The position numbers and the translations under genes are program-made. From contig SCUE01000028.1 of NCBI GenBank assembly GCA_004297775.1, forward strand, positions 64,704 through 128,703: DNA of 64,000 bases, read 5' to 3'. Under the pieces are notes generated by a model that was not told the DNA's origin, did not search any database, and saw only the letters and a list, made by a program, of their open reading frames with translations. The number at the start of each line of letters is the position of its first letter. Position 1 is the first letter of the stretch. Source of the DNA: Chloroflexota bacterium (lineage in GTDB: Bacteria; Chloroflexota; UBA6077; FW602-bin22). Positions 63,976 through 64,000 of the stretch are shown one piece after another.

Positions 63976-64000
63976 CTCAATGGGCCGTCGTGCAGCAGCG

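Noticed and set aside
1-64000. Scan for CRISPR arrays, rRNA, riboswitch-like leaders and large tandem repeats.
   Set aside because: No regularly spaced repeat array or rRNA-like sequence was seen by eye. Apart from the items listed, the only repeats found are amino-acid-level Pro/Thr/Ala linkers. A computational scan (CRISPRCasFinder, Infernal) is still needed to be definitive.

Overview
GC-rich bacterial chromosomal window (hand-counted lines are mostly above 60% GC, e.g. 67% for bases 1-60), densely coding on both strands. No rRNA genes and no CRISPR array are present. Many long ORFs in the track are antisense shadows of real genes.

Layout:
(1) 689-9790: a complete Wsp-like (alternative-cellular-function) chemosensory operon, cheW / cheR-TPR / cheW / MCP / cheA-REC / cheB, ending in a REC-REC-REC histidine kinase.
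(2) 9.8-14.3 kb: housekeeping and small-molecule genes, including pyrE and a NUDIX hydrolase.
(3) 14.8-18.3 kb: a translationally coupled PilN-like/PilO-like pair. The PilN-like protein carries a roughly 850-aa proline-linker and discoidin-like ectodomain containing a low-GC patch.
(4) 18.4-36.6 kb: an archaemetzincin-like protein, two VapC toxin-antitoxin modules, sugar oxidoreductases and isomerases, cinA, E2/E3 of a 2-oxoacid dehydrogenase, eda, a sugar kinase, ruvB, pgi, tgt.
(5) 36.56-48.14 kb: an accessory segment bracketed by two convergent tRNA-Arg genes. It holds higBA, a metallophosphoesterase, a DUF402 fragment truncated by an ISL3 insertion sequence, and a seven-gene minus-strand locus at 41326-47403.
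(6) 48.2-64 kb: tRNA-Ser x2, nadK, a serine hydrolase, a sugar-utilisation cluster with an ABC importer, and serS.

The 41326-47403 locus is the most interesting feature. In transcription order it encodes a PemK-like protein, a sigma-70 region-4-like protein, a zf-HC2 anti-sigma/XRE fusion, an ImmA-like protein with a Cys-rich tail, a single ubiquitin-like beta-grasp protein, a cysteine-free E2-like protein and a JAB-E1 fusion. I read it as a candidate regulated ubiquitin-like conjugation (probable defence) system. I cannot match its overall architecture to any named system. All family assignments come from motif reading by eye and need HMM or structure confirmation.
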